From Octopus sinensis (taxonomy: Eukaryota), in the NCBI RefSeq assembly GCF_006345805.1, contig NC_043003.1, forward strand, positions 77,934,001 through 77,998,000: a stretch of 64,000 bases of DNA, in the 5' to 3' direction. Of the stretch, positions 10,486 through 22,914 are shown piece by piece. Positions within the stretch are counted from its first letter, which is position 1. Each line of letters opens with the position of its first letter. The position numbers and the translations under genes were made by a program. The notes below the pieces were generated by a model. It ran no database searches and was not told where the DNA came from. It saw only the letters and a program-made list of their open reading frames with translations.

Positions 10486-10616
10486 GTACCGGGTGTAGAT
10501 TACGATTATATCAGAATTTGATAAGAAAAAGACAAAAAAAATGGGCATGACACATAATTCTTTCCGAAATTTCAAGTTTCATTTTGTAAACATGTAAATG
10601 TGTGTCAGTACGTATA

Positions 10617-10990
10617 CTCTTTTACTTGTTTCAGTCATTTGACTGCGGCCATGCTGGAGCACCACCTTTAGTCGAGCAAATCGACCCCGGGACTTATTCC
10701 TTGCAAGCCCAGTACTTATTCTATCGGTCTCTTTTGCCGAACCGCTAAGTGACGGGGACGTAAACACACCAGCATAGGTTGTCAAGCAATGCTAGGGGGA
10801 CAAACACACACATATACATACATATACATATATACGACAGGCTTCTTTCAGTTTCCGTCTACCAAATCCACTCACAAGGCATTGGTTGGCCCGGGGTTAT
10901 AGCAGAAGACACTTGCCCAAGATGCCACGCAGTGGGACTGAACCCGGAACCATGTGGCTGGTTAGCAAGCTAATTACCACACAACCACTC
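10617..10990 (-). mobile_element. SINE family B, full length, specific to unit 1
   Basis: The paralogue reads cagtacgtat|gtgtacgagtc with no insertion. Confidence 0.85.
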
Positions 10991-11139
10991 CTGTGTACGA
11001 GTCCACCAATTTTTTTTTTTTTTTTTTTTTTTGCATACCATTTTCCCGAGATAATCGTAATCTACGGACACTGAAAGGTATGTGCTGAAAATTTTTTATA
11101 AAAAATACCCATTTTCCTGAAACTTAGGGGGAAACAAAT

Positions 11140-12720
11140 GATCGTGCCGTGTGTGCATTCTGCTGTGACTGTCATATGTCTTACATCAAGTGTACAAAGA
11201 CATCAGACAGACTACATTTAAAAACTCTGATGAGAAAAGTGAAGCCGTATAAAGGAATATTTCTGGTTACGAAAAAAGCAGTTATGTTTTTGTTCAAATG
11301 CTTTGAGCCAAAAATAAAGCCAACGAATGTAGTTACACGATTGCTCAATGAATAGCTGAGAAAGGTAAACCTTTTACAGATGGAGAATTTATATAAAGAA
11401 AAAAAGGCTTTTCTGAGAAGTGCTAAAATTTTGTTCTGTGATTTCCCAAAAGCTGAAACAATACGGTCTCGAATTCAAGAAATCTCAGCTTCTACAAGAT
11501 CAACTGAGAAACGTCTAACTGATATAGCTGAAAACATAATAATAAAACAAAAAGGTTGATTACAAAAAGCTGCTGCATTCAGTGACACTATTGATGAAAG
11601 TACTGACGTGAATGACATGGTGCGCCTAGCAATTGTTGTAAGATAGTGTGACAATGGTCGTATTTATGAAGAATTATGTTGTTTGACTCCTCTTGCCAAT
11701 ACAACTACAAGACAGGACATTCTGACTGCATTTGTAAATTATTTCGAAAATCAAGCCATTAATATAAATAAACTATTTTTGTATTACTACCGATGGAACA
11801 CGTGCAATGGTTCGAAAGGAAAAAAGATTTGTTAAATTTCTTGAAAATCATATTGGACGCAATGTAATGAGTTTTAATTGCATTATACATCAAGAAAACT
11901 TAGTCACAAAGCTTGAGTTCTGTCTTGGAGACTATTGTTAAATAGTTAACTTCATAGTTTCTCGCTCTTTGTAATTTAAGTCTCTTCTGCAAGAATTGGA
12001 CAGCGAATATGCAGACCTCCCACTCACAGTAATGTCCATTAGCTTAGTCGGGGTAATGTTTTGAACAAATTTGTATCATGCTTTATTAATATTAGATATT
12101 TTGGTGGGTGATATACTTAGCAACACTTACAAATACTTTCCATATGTAAAGGCTCATTCAAATCGATTTAATGTTAATAAAAATGAATTTCAAAAATATA
12201 TTGCAACGTTGAAAGAAGAATTTTCCAAGCGAAGTAAAGATTTCGAAACTTACGCTCCTATATTTTCTTTTCTCATAAAACCCGACTTGATTGATTTGAA
12301 AACGAACTCATTTGATCTATTACTTTTTGAGTGGATGCACGTCAACAGTTTTGAAATGGAAATGATTGAATTAACAACTGCAGAATGGTGGAAAACAAAA
12401 TTTGTTGAACTACGAAAAACTCTTGGAAGAAGCTGCTTGGAGAAGTCTGTTGCCATCTTCAATTGATGGATGTCGTTGCCTGAAAGATTTAATTCTTTGA
12501 AGTAAATCTCGTATACGCTGCTTTCAGCCTTTGGCTGAACATACGCATGCGAACAAAATTTTTCCCATATGAAATCTGTTTTGAGTCCTCAAAGAAGTTG
12601 TCTGGCAATTCAATATTGGGAAGCTTGCATGAAGCTAACAGTCATAAATTATGCGCCTGATATGAAGAAATTAAGCAAAAATGTACACGGACTAAGGTTC
12701 TCATTAATTTATAGAAATTT
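11140..12720 (+). pseudogene. Decayed hAT (SPIN/Charlie/GTF2IRD2-like) transposase
   Basis: Across frames: AEKGKPFTDGEFI, IDESTDVND, CITTDGTRAM, NCIIHQEN and FG*TYACEQNFSHMK (hAT dimerisation domain); many stops and frameshifts. Confidence 0.85.
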
Positions 12721-13153
12721 AATGTAACTGTTGTTTATAACTTGTTTATAATTTTGTTCTGTTGGCTATAATTTGGGAGAAAAAAATTAATTAATATTCT
12801 AAATAAAATTATATTTGTTTCCAGCGAGTTTCAGAAGCATAAACTCTACTAATAAAAGTAGCAATATGAAGTTGGCACTCCTTTATCAAATGGTTGCCAA
12901 TGCCTGATCTAAAGCTAAGAAATTTTACAAACACCATACAAACTCTACCTCCAATAAAATCGCCTATAGAACAATGAACACCTAGAGAGCGTGAACCTTG
13001 TGATTTGCGACCAACTGAAGCACATAGAGTTGAACTCGTGTTTTTCTTTCTTTGTCTTATTTTCTTCCTCTTTGTATCCTTTTCTTTCTTCACTTATGTT
13101 TGTGTTCCTTCGGTTCTGTATTCGTATTTTAATGTGGTTTTGTTTTATATATG

Positions 13154-13877
13154 TGTAGTGAATCTTGCATGCATGAAGTGGATTTGATCCACCATAGCCA
13201 AATTTAAATTAATACTGCAACAGAACTTTTCCCACGATCGAACAATGGTTTTTTTCTCTGACAGCAGTTTTACATTTTCCAGGTGCCTTTAGCTAGGCCG
13301 AAATAATGTCTTCACCACTTGACCCTTTCTAACTTCTTCTACTTCACCAAAAGCTAGAATAGAGATAACGAGACAACCAACTAAATCTATTGTTCTCAAT
13401 GATATATCTATCCTTCTGGATCTTTATACAAGCAAGCACACCCCAAGCAAAAGTCAGTCTGTCACAGTCGTGAGGACTCAACGGAGTTAGTCACAGTTGG
13501 TGACGCCTCAATGAAGTCTGGCTGACCAGCTAGACACTTTGGTCAGAGGGAGAAAGCAACTGTCAAACAACACCCAACAATTCTCTCTAGCTCTAATTCT
13601 GTTCTCTTACATCATTCTATCTCTCTCTGTAATTACTACTAAACAATGAAGAGGACACAAACACAAACTTTACTTAGAAAGCTTTTGGATCTATCATTAA
13701 CCTGCTCGTCGAGGCAAGGTATTTGTAACGTAACGGAAAATAAATATTTCCTTAAAACTTAATGCATTATCCACCTTTCACATCTTACAGTATGCAATAA
13801 CAACAAACCTTTTTCGTCACAACTGCCTCCACCGACAATTCTTAATATTGTGTACCAATCTAATTTCAGCTGTTACA
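13154..13877. mobile_element. Probable solo LTR (about 724 bp) inserted into a CRE-like 3' UTR
   Basis: TG...CA termini (tgtag...tgttaca). The flanks rejoin to match the uninterrupted sequence at 34990-35070. TSD is ambiguous in TA-rich context. Confidence 0.5.
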
Positions 13878-14539
13878 TATATATCGTGTATATACGTGTT
13901 ATATATGTAATTATTGAATTATCTAAATTAAAAGAACGAATTTTAAAAAAATTGGGGAGCGAATTTTTCGAAATTTTTCTTTTTTAAAGCAGGCTTTCAA
14001 ACACAGACAGTCCGACATTTTTGCTTAAATCTGAGCTATAAACAATTAAATATATTTGTGATGGGAAAGATATTGAAAAATATCAATACGTCAGAGTGAC
14101 AAAGAAACGAGGAGGGTATCAGATGGTCGTGAGATGCGCAAAATATAACAGCGAAATAGCCCTTAAAGCTTATTTTTGGTTTCTGCATAAGCGTATGAAT
14201 TCCCTCGTATAGAACACAAATATCAAAAAATTTTCTGAAAATTCCAAAAAATAAAAAAGCTATGAAGGGTTATATGGTGTGCTTAAAGTAGAATTGCGCC
14301 CTTATTTATTTGCCGTGAAGATCCATGTAATCAATAAAAACGTTAAAAAATGGATTGCAGAATTTGGGGAACCAACAAGTCGTGGGAAAAGAATCCATGC
14401 GCATTCTATCATACTTTAGGCCTCAAAACCCAGCATAAGGCCACCCTATCCCGCCAAGAGGCTTCTTTTTCTTTGTCATTCACGTTAGTCGGCAACCTTA
14501 ACCTGTGTCAGTGTAACGATAAAGCACCCAGTACATATT

Positions 14540-14895
14540 AAGTGGTAGGAACAGCATCCAGCTGTCGGACGTCACAGTCTGCAACTCCTTTACTCCCTCC
14601 CATATCCTGGATGCTGCGGTTAATGGGAGGGTCACTGCTGCTGTAGCCGAATGGGGGAAAAAAAACCCTGATGTATTGAGACAAGATACTGAACTATCTC
14701 TTCCAATCTGTGGCGCTTGAGATGTTCGGAGGGACTGGGACACTAACCGCGAAGTTCTTGTCAACGTTGGCAGCTCGCCTCAGCGAGGTGTTAGGTGATG
14801 CCTGAGGGCGCTTGGCTTTGCCAACGATTTAGCCTCATCATCAGCCGTGGTAATGCTGCGAACGCGCTGGCTTGCTTCAGTAGGTTCCGATTAAA
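14540..14895 (+). mobile_element. CRE-clade-like non-LTR retrotransposon, restriction-like endonuclease C-terminus (decayed)
   Basis: DVTVCNSFTPSHI...VAEWGK...FQSVALEMFGG...FLSTLAARL...WLCQRFSLIISRGNAA. Confidence 0.65.
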
Positions 14896-15059
14896 CATTG
14901 TGATGTGCGACCAGTTACTGCGATAAGAAAAGATTCCCCACAAATGATTTTAACACAGTTTTAACAGAAAAAGTTGGTAGAATTAAATGAAAGTTTTCCG
15001 GTAATTACCTTTCATATAAATAAATGTTTATGTTAATGAAAATAAACATGACATTAAAA

Positions 15060-16450
15060 TACAAATACAAAACCGAAGAAAACACAAACATGAGCGAAGG
15101 AAGAAAAGAGGAAGAAAGAATAGAAAGAAAAATAATATCAATTCAACATCAGGTGCCTCAGTAGATCACATCCCATAAGATTCAACGGAACCTATTTAAG
15201 CAAGCCAACACGTTCACGGTATTACTACGGGCGATGGCGAGTCCGAGGCGTTGAAACAGCCAAGGGTTAAGTTGTTTGGTATTTTTTCGGAAGTCATCTG
15301 CAACTATTAATGTTACCAAAACAAGTTTAAAATTGCTTGTATAATCGTTTTAATTGATCTATTTATTAAAGTTCCAAATTATAATTATCAGCTAAACATT
15401 AAAGAAGCCAATAATAAATCTTACGATTAAAGAAGCCTATAGATAACAATCATTGGTTTCTTGTTGAACGAGAAATAACTCAGCAGTGATTCAATATCCA
15501 AGACATTTACAGTTACTTCCCTTAGATAATTTTGTCTCGGTATTAATTTTACGCTTTAATACATACCTATTTCTTTACTACCCACAAGGGGCTAAACACA
15601 GAGAGGACAGACAAACGGATTAAGTCGATCATATCGACCCCAGTGCGTAACTGGTACTTATTTAATCGACCCCGAAAGGATCAAAGGCAAAGTCGACCTC
15701 GGCGGAATTTGAACTCAGAACGTAGCGGCAGGCGAAATACCGCTAAGCATCATTCACGTACAACGGCAAAGAACGAAGCGTCATAATAAATGGGTTTCAG
15801 TATTTAATTAAGTCTCTTGACACTCTGAATTCAAATCCTATTGGGGATGACTTTATCTTTTATCGTTATGGATTATAATAATTACCCTAGTGTCGAGTAT
15901 TTTGATCAAAATCTGGATTTCGGCTCAGCTTGTGTAATCAAGTAAGGCTGTCGCCTAGCAGCTAAGCTAAACATGTCCAACACTTACATCCACTGCTCTG
16001 CCACACAGATATCTTCCTTAGTTACGAGAAATTATGCAATCTCTGAGCAGGTTTATAGAATCTTTTTTTTAAATATGACTGGAATACTTAATTGAATACT
16101 ACTTTTAAGATTATAAAAGCCAGTTACAGATATCAGAGGAAGGATGGTAGATTTAATTATCAATAAAAAAAAATTTACAACTTTGCTACTGTGATGCAAA
16201 TATTCGGTGTTGATCGTATTCACTTATAATGTAGTACAAGGGTTTGATCTTGTCACAAAATTTGAAACTAATATAGTAGAAGAGTTAATAATAGTACAAA
16301 GATTACTATTGTTATCTTATATAATCTTTACCTCATTCCAAGAAATTGCTCACAAAATTTACAAGTTTTTCTGAGATAATTAATGTCTTCAATATTACAG
16401 ATTTTTTTTAATCAAAAGTCAAAGATAATGAAATAAATGAGAAGTTTGCT
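15060..16450. repeat. Segment paralogous to 37975-39110 (3' flank of the GST2 and GST3 units)
   Basis: Long collinear similarity, e.g. agtacaaagattactattgttatcttatataatct...ccaagaaattgctcacaaaatt. Confidence 0.75.
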
Positions 16451-17147
16451 TCTCAACCGCATGGTTCTGTTTCAGTCCCACTGCATGGCACCTTGGGCAA
16501 GTGTCTTCTACTACAGCCTCAGGCCAATCAAAGACTTGTGAGTGGATTTGGTAGACAGAAACTGAAAGAAGTCCACTGTGTGTATGTGTGTGTATCTCAT
16601 CACTAATTTACAAGCAGTGTTAGCTTAGTGTGTTTACATCCCCGTAACTTACTGGTTCAGCAAAAAGCAACATAAAATAATATTGGGCTTAAAATACAAA
16701 TAAGGACTGGGATCAATTCTTTTGACTAAAATTCTTCAAGGTGGTGCCCCAGCATGGCCGGTCTGATAACTGAAACAAGTAAAAAGTGACTAAATAATGT
16801 AATGTAGAAAAAGGATGGAAGAAAAGATGTGATGTAAATATGTGAGCTACTAGTTTATTTAAATGTGAATGAACATCACTGGTTTATATAAACAACCATT
16901 TTTATCTAGGGGTACATATGAGATGACAAAAATAATAAAAAATAAAGCAAAAAAATAAAATAACTGACACACATCACGAGGTTAATGATAAAAATTTAGA
17001 AAAAAAATGAGCTTCAAAAACTTGCATATCCTGTTGTTTTAATTATACTCATACATTACAAAATTGGGAATAATTTATTTTTTAAGACACTCAAACATTA
17101 GTATGGATTTTTGAAAGACTTCAATTATATACACACACATATATATA

Positions 17148-17305
17148 TTGGGTCAACCCATAGATAATGCAGTTTTTTCAGTTGCATAAACTAAAAGTTA
17201 GAGGGGGATGGGATAAACCATCTGCATCTGCTTGCTATAAAAGCAGGTAGTAATGTCACCTTGTTCTTATTCTTTACCTTATTCTTTAGCTTGTTCTTAT
17301 TCTTA
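17148..17305 (+). mobile_element. Mariner-like terminal fragment at the left edge of duplication unit 2
   Basis: TA-ttgggtcaacccatagataatgc start after (TA)n; homology to unit 1 begins immediately after it. Confidence 0.35.
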
Positions 17306-18863
17306 TGTTATGCTCTGAATCCATGTTGTGAGCTGAGTGAGGGAATACATAGATTGATGATATCAAACATGAATGCTTCTTGAATTTTTTACAAAACCAA
17401 TCATGTAGGATCTGCTATTGATGAAAAACTGGACTACTTACTCATTAAATTAACATGTAAATGGTTGAGTATTCCACAGATAAATGTACTTTTAGTGTTA
17501 ATTCTCAGGCTGAATCAGATTTAAACAATATAAAGCAGGTTCTTTGGATTACAAGTACAATCCATCTGACAGGATTCCGCATCAAGTGAATTTTAACCAC
17601 AGGGCTTAAGTCAACTCAAGGCTGTGGTATAAGACATTTCTCCAAGATACTACACAGTAATCATCTGCAAAACAAGAATAACCACAGAACCTCTTTAACA
17701 TTCTAAAGTATGAGGATCAAGGGTTAGGTGTGATCTGAATGGCTAGTGTACCAGAGAGGATCGAGACATTGTAATTGACAAGTGAGTTCAGATGGATAAT
17801 GGTACACTTATACTTACTAATTCTGAAAAGAAAAGAGCATGAAAGTGCTACTTTGAAGGTTATTAAATATGAAGTCTTCCTAGCATAATCCTAACAGAGG
17901 GACTAGTAGACAGCCATGTGATAAAACAATGAAATGCCTCATAGGTCTAGCAACCCAATTCTAATCTACGAATGTTGTTGCTTCATGTCAATATTTAAAA
18001 ACTAGACGGCCCAATGAAATGATTTTTCCAGGGACATATAACGTTGGTAATCTTACTATCAAAAGCTCAGTTATGAGTCCCTCAAAGAGCCACAGAAGTC
18101 ATTGACAAATGGTATATTATGAAATGGCTGCACTAAATTACATCATTGATCCTATAACTGAATCATGTGTAAACAATAGTGAAGTATTCTGGTGTAAGAT
18201 AAAGACATTTGTTTCAATTTTTGGCACAAGGCCAGAAATTTAGTAATTTCAGGGGAGACGGTAAATCGATTATATCAACCCCATTGTTCAACTGGTACTT
18301 ATTTTATTGACCTGGAAAGGATGAATGGCAAAGTCGACCTCAGCAGAATTTAAACTAAGACCATAAAGACAGACAAAATGCATTTTACCTGGCATGCTAA
18401 CAATTCTGCCAGTTCACCACTTCAAGGTATAGGATAAAGATATTAAAAAGAATAAGTAAGAAAATCTGGGTGTAATGAAGTGGTCTCAATAAAATAAATG
18501 CCTTTACAGATATTGGTTTCATTTTTACACTAAAACACCATGACAAAGAAATAATGTTTTCCTAAACATTGGGAATTATCCTATACAGAAAAATATTCAT
18601 AAATATTAATGAATAGAAAGCTTTAGAAAATGTAAAGATTGTTACTTTATGTATTTTCAAATATTTTTCTTTATTTCCAAGTTATAAAAAAATTCACTTT
18701 TATGAGTTGATTATTAAGGTCTACCATTCTATCAAATATTAATTCAATGTTTTCATTATGGAATTTGGAAGAAGATGAATAATGCAAGGCTATGATACAA
18801 ACTTGTTTAATAAAATATATTCTAAATAAATGGAAGATGGTGTAAGTGGATTCTTTGGCTAGT

Positions 18864-19529
18864 TTACTTTGTCTTCACATAACGTTTGTAGATTGGAATT
18901 AATTTCTTCATATCAGGAATAGTAGGTGTTACACTCTCCTTTTCAGAACAAGCAGTGAGCCATTTCTGGAACCGAGGATACCAATCAATATCAGATGGTA
19001 TTTCAAAATTTTTATAATGTTTCAAAACTTCCAGCCTTTGCAACCATGGAAACACCATTATATCAGCAAATGAAAATGAGTCCCCCATGAAGAAATTTCC
19101 AGTTGGAGACATGGCTTTCACAAAACTTCCAATATTTTCAACAAAAGATTTCTGTGTTTCACCAAGATTTTCAGGATCTGATCTCAGAATAGCAAAAAAT
19201 AATGGGATTATTTTACTTGTAGCATAATCACCCCAGATACGAACCTGAGCCTTATCATAAGGTTGTTCCATCATAATTTTGGGGTTTTGTGGCCAAGCTT
19301 CATCAATATATTCCATACATACAGCAGATTCATAAATAATTTTATCATCATGTACCAGCACTGGTACCAAGCCTCTTGGATTCAGTTTTAAAAATTCTTC
19401 AGTCTTGTTATAAGGATCAATTTCTTCATATTTAAAAGGAATTCCTTTCTCCAAGAGAGCAATCCAGAGTCGTTGAGCAAATGGACAGTACCAGGCACTT
19501 AAAAAGCGAAGTTTAGTACTTTCAGACAT
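18864..19529 (-). CDS. Cys-type glutathione S-transferase, 221 aa, GST2
   Basis: Intact ORF with WYCPFAQR; 14 aa differences from GST1. Acceptor AG at 19546-19545, 15 nt upstream of the ATG. Confidence 0.95.
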   Translation of the reverse strand: MSESTKLRFLSAWYCPFAQRLWIALLEKGIPFKYEEIDPYNKTEEFLKLNPRGLVPVLVHDDKIIYESAVCMEYIDEAWPQNPKIMMEQPYDKAQVRIWGDYATSKIIPLFFAILRSDPENLGETQKSFVENIGSFVKAMSPTGNFFMGDSFSFADIMVFPWLQRLEVLKHYKNFEIPSDIDWYPRFQKWLTACSEKESVTPTIPDMKKLIPIYKRYVKTK

Positions 19530-20119
19530 ATTGGGAAAAGGAACCTAAATGAAAAAGAAGCAAAAATAGTTTAAATATATATCCATAAACTATTAATCAA
19601 TAATTCTGAGTAAAAACAAATATATTTTACATTTATAAATTACATTTGTATCTTTGTATTATGTCTGTTTTTCTATGCTAGTATGAGTTAGACATGCATA
19701 TTATCGAAGAAAAATTCTTAGTCAGATGCCCGTTTTATCATTAAGTCTTGCCTGCTTTTCTACTAAAGGGATTTTCATTCCATTCTTTTAAAGAAGTGCA
19801 GGACTATCAGATGACTTTAGATAGGGAAATGCCAACAAATTTCATGGTTTGAAGCTCAGTGATATTCTGGAGATGTGCAATATGTAAACATTTACACATA
19901 CACACACAAAACCATACATATATATATCCTCCATTGCACCTGTACCACACGATGATAACTTATGGGTTCCACAGCCACCAGAAAATGTTAGTAAATCCTA
20001 TCAAAATGTTAATAACAAATTTAAATTTCATTCACATTAAAAGAATCAATATTGAAATATGTGATTACACATAAAATTCTTATTAAGGTATCAACTATTA
20101 AATGCAACCTTTTACATTT

Positions 20120-21365
20120 TTTCCAGGTAGAGGAATTGATGGAGGTTTCAGCAGGAGAGTCTGGAGGTGGCAACAATGAGGAAATGGATGAAACATTTGA
20201 GCCAAGAACAAGGACCTGCCCCCACTTTCCAAATCAAAATGAACTGAATGATCTCATTAGGGACTTTGGTCTCACTAAGTTAGGAACTGAGCTTTTAGCA
20301 TCCAGGCTGAATGAATGGAATTTCTTGGGAAGGACTGTAGATTAACAGTATATAGGAAGCACCATGAGAAATTCAAAGTATTCTTTGACATAAGTGAGGA
20401 TCTGTGCTGCTTCAAAGATATAAATGGCTTGTTTACAGCTATTGGAATTGATCACAACCCTGAAGAATGGTGACTTTTCATAGATAGCTCAACAAAAAGC
20501 CTCAAAGCTGCTTTATTACACAATGGAAATCAGCATCCATCCCTGCCTATTGCATACTAAGTACAAATGAAGGAAGAATATGACAATGTGAAAGAGCATC
20601 TCGAGAAAGTAAACTATAAATTTAAATGGGAGGTTTGTGGTGACTTTAAAATGTTTGCCTTCTTACTTGGATTACAGGGTGGGCACACTAAGTATTTGTG
20701 TTTTTCTTGTCTATGGGGCAGTGGGGCTGATCATGAACATTACCAGAAGGTTGAGTGGCCCCCACAAGATGACTTCCAGTTAGGAAAGCTAAATGTAGAG
20801 CCTGCAAAAGTGTTGTTACTTCCACTTCACATAATGCTGGATCAGGTCAAACAGTTAGTAAAGGCTTTAGATCATGGTGAAGAAGTATTTCAAGAGATTC
20901 ATCTACTCTATCCAAAGCTATCTGAGGCAAATGTTAAAGGTGGTATATTTACTGGACCACAAGTAAGGAAAATTCTGAGGTCAGTAAAACCTGAAAATTT
21001 GATGAGTGATCTGGAAAGAGAGGCAGGGTTTGCATTTCAAGATATTGTCAATGGATTCCTTGGTAATAAAAAAAGACCCAAACTACAAGCAGCTCATAGC
21101 AAAACTTATTGAGAGTTATAAGAATTTAGGCTGTAGAATGTCATTGAAAGTACACTTTTTGCATTTGCCTTTAGACATTTTCCGTGAAAATTTAGGTCAA
21201 GTGAGTGAGGAACATGGTGAAAGATTCCATCAAGATATTGCTATAATGAAGAAAAGATACCAAGGGAGATGGGGCACTGCAATAATGGGGGACTCCATAT
21301 AGTCAGTGGTGCATACAGATATAGGAGCTCACAGTAGGAGAGCATGACCTTCGGTGCATTTCTAG
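20120..21365 (+). pseudogene. Decayed Chapaev3-like (CMC) DNA transposase
   Basis: PNQNELNDLIRDFGLTK..ELLASRL, FIDSSTKSLKAALLHNGN, WEVCGDFKMFAFLLGLQGGHTKY, CRMSLKVHFL, SEEHGERFHQDI. Family assignment is from remembered motifs. Confidence 0.75.
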
Positions 21366-21667
21366 TAAAATCTTATAATATCATCATGGTTTTGCTTACA
21401 TTTCTCATTAGTTTGAAAATAAATATTAGGACAAAATATTTTTTGTTCCTATTAATGTACAATGTGAATAAGTTGAATAAAGTATATTACAGCTAAATTT
21501 TATTCCCATTCTATAGAAAACCGAAATTATCTTCTAAAATATCGATGCTATGCAATTTTCAAGAGTAGTTTTGAAATCAGGAGAAAAAAAATCACCCTAG
21601 AAACACTAAAAACATTTCGAGAAGCAAAGCTTGTGTTACTTAGCATTATGCATACTAAAAACTTTGG

Positions 21668-22378
21668 GGATCTTTACCCTTTGAATGGCAGATCGGGAAA
21701 TTAATTTTTTGTAACTAAACACTTTCAAACTTCAGACACTGGTAGAATGTGTTATATAAAACATCTTTTACTCTTAGTGTTGTTGAGAAAAGTTTTGTAT
21801 TTTCAAAGTTATTTCATGTTAAAGTATTGGTATTTTGGTAATTTCAACCAATCAATGACGTGTATTCAGCTGAATAAAATTACTGCTGTTGTTTGTCAAC
21901 AACAACTATCGGTTGAGTATATTTTGTTTCTCACTGTTATTTATGACATCGTTCGTGCATTTGTACTGGTTTTAGCTTTAGGGTTTTAGGGTTAGGGTTG
22001 GGATTTTAGGGTTAGAGTTGCAGAAAAAAGTGTAAAAATGAAGAAATTGGAAGGGGAGGGGGGCAAAAAAGTCTTTTCAAAAATAGCTGAAAAACAGAAA
22101 AAAAAAAGTAAAAGCAGTAGAAATGCACGAACAATTGTGGTGGTGCCATGAAGTAAACATACTTCAGATACACTCGTTTATTCATACAAACATAACTGAG
22201 ATGAAATATGTCATAAATAACAATGACAAATGAAATATACACCGCTGGAAGTTGTTGTTGACAAACAACAGCAGTAATTTTATTCAGCTGAATACACGTC
22301 ATTGATTGGTTGAAATTACCGAAATACTACAACTTTAACACGAAGTTTGAAAGTGTTTAGTTCAAAGGGAAAAGATCC
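21668..22378. mobile_element. Foldback MITE with long TIRs and internal TTAGGG-like repeats
   Basis: Termini ggatcttt(a/t)ccctttgaa; about 70-bp perfect inverted core ggtaatttcaaccaatcaatgacg...caacaacaact; ttagggttttagggttagggttggg near 21975-22015. Confidence 0.8.
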
Positions 22379-22693
22379 AATTTTTGTTCTATTTAGTGAA
22401 TACACAGCTGACACCTTTCCTCTAACTATTACTGTTGAATATTCACAAGCTGTCACAGACTGTTTGGTCCCAATATGACAATGAAGAAGACAAAATAAAG
22501 CAGTTAGGCCACAACCCACATTTACGCAATATAATTGAAAATTAAGCAAAGGCTAAGCCAGAATATTAGCTATAATGCTAATGCTAAATATAGTTTCTTA
22601 TCTGTTATTTTAAAAAAAAGTAAAATGTTCAGAGTGGAAAAAGCTATTTCACAAAATGTTTCACTGAAGCCCGTCGTATATATATATATATTT

Positions 22694-22830
22694 GTAAAAA
22701 AGAAGTTTGAAAACGCCACTATATTAGATAAATTTTAATTTCCTTATGAATTTTACATGTTTCGGTTCTTGAAAAAACGAACCTTATCAAAAATATTATA
22801 AAAAGTGCAATAGAAAAGTTCATAATCGTT
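22694..22830 (-). mobile_element. Short Penelope-like fragment inside the (TA)n of a SINE B copy, with a degenerate hammerhead-like motif
   Basis: Minus strand reads ttgataa-ggttc-loop-gaacc-gaaa-cat-gta; flanked by (TA)n on both sides. Confidence 0.45.
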
Positions 22831-22833
22831 TCT

Positions 22834-22914
<81 letters not shown>

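Larger units (their letters stand above)
2071..11135. repeat. Tandem segmental duplication unit 1 (paralogous to about 17307-26220), containing GST1
   Basis: 2071-5850 aligns with 17307-19920; 8485-8575 with 24095-24170; 9364-11135 with 25096-26220. Each copy has its own TE insertions. Confidence 0.8.

Noticed and set aside
21975-22015. Telomere or interstitial telomere remnant
   Set aside because: Short, degenerate and enclosed within MITE arms.
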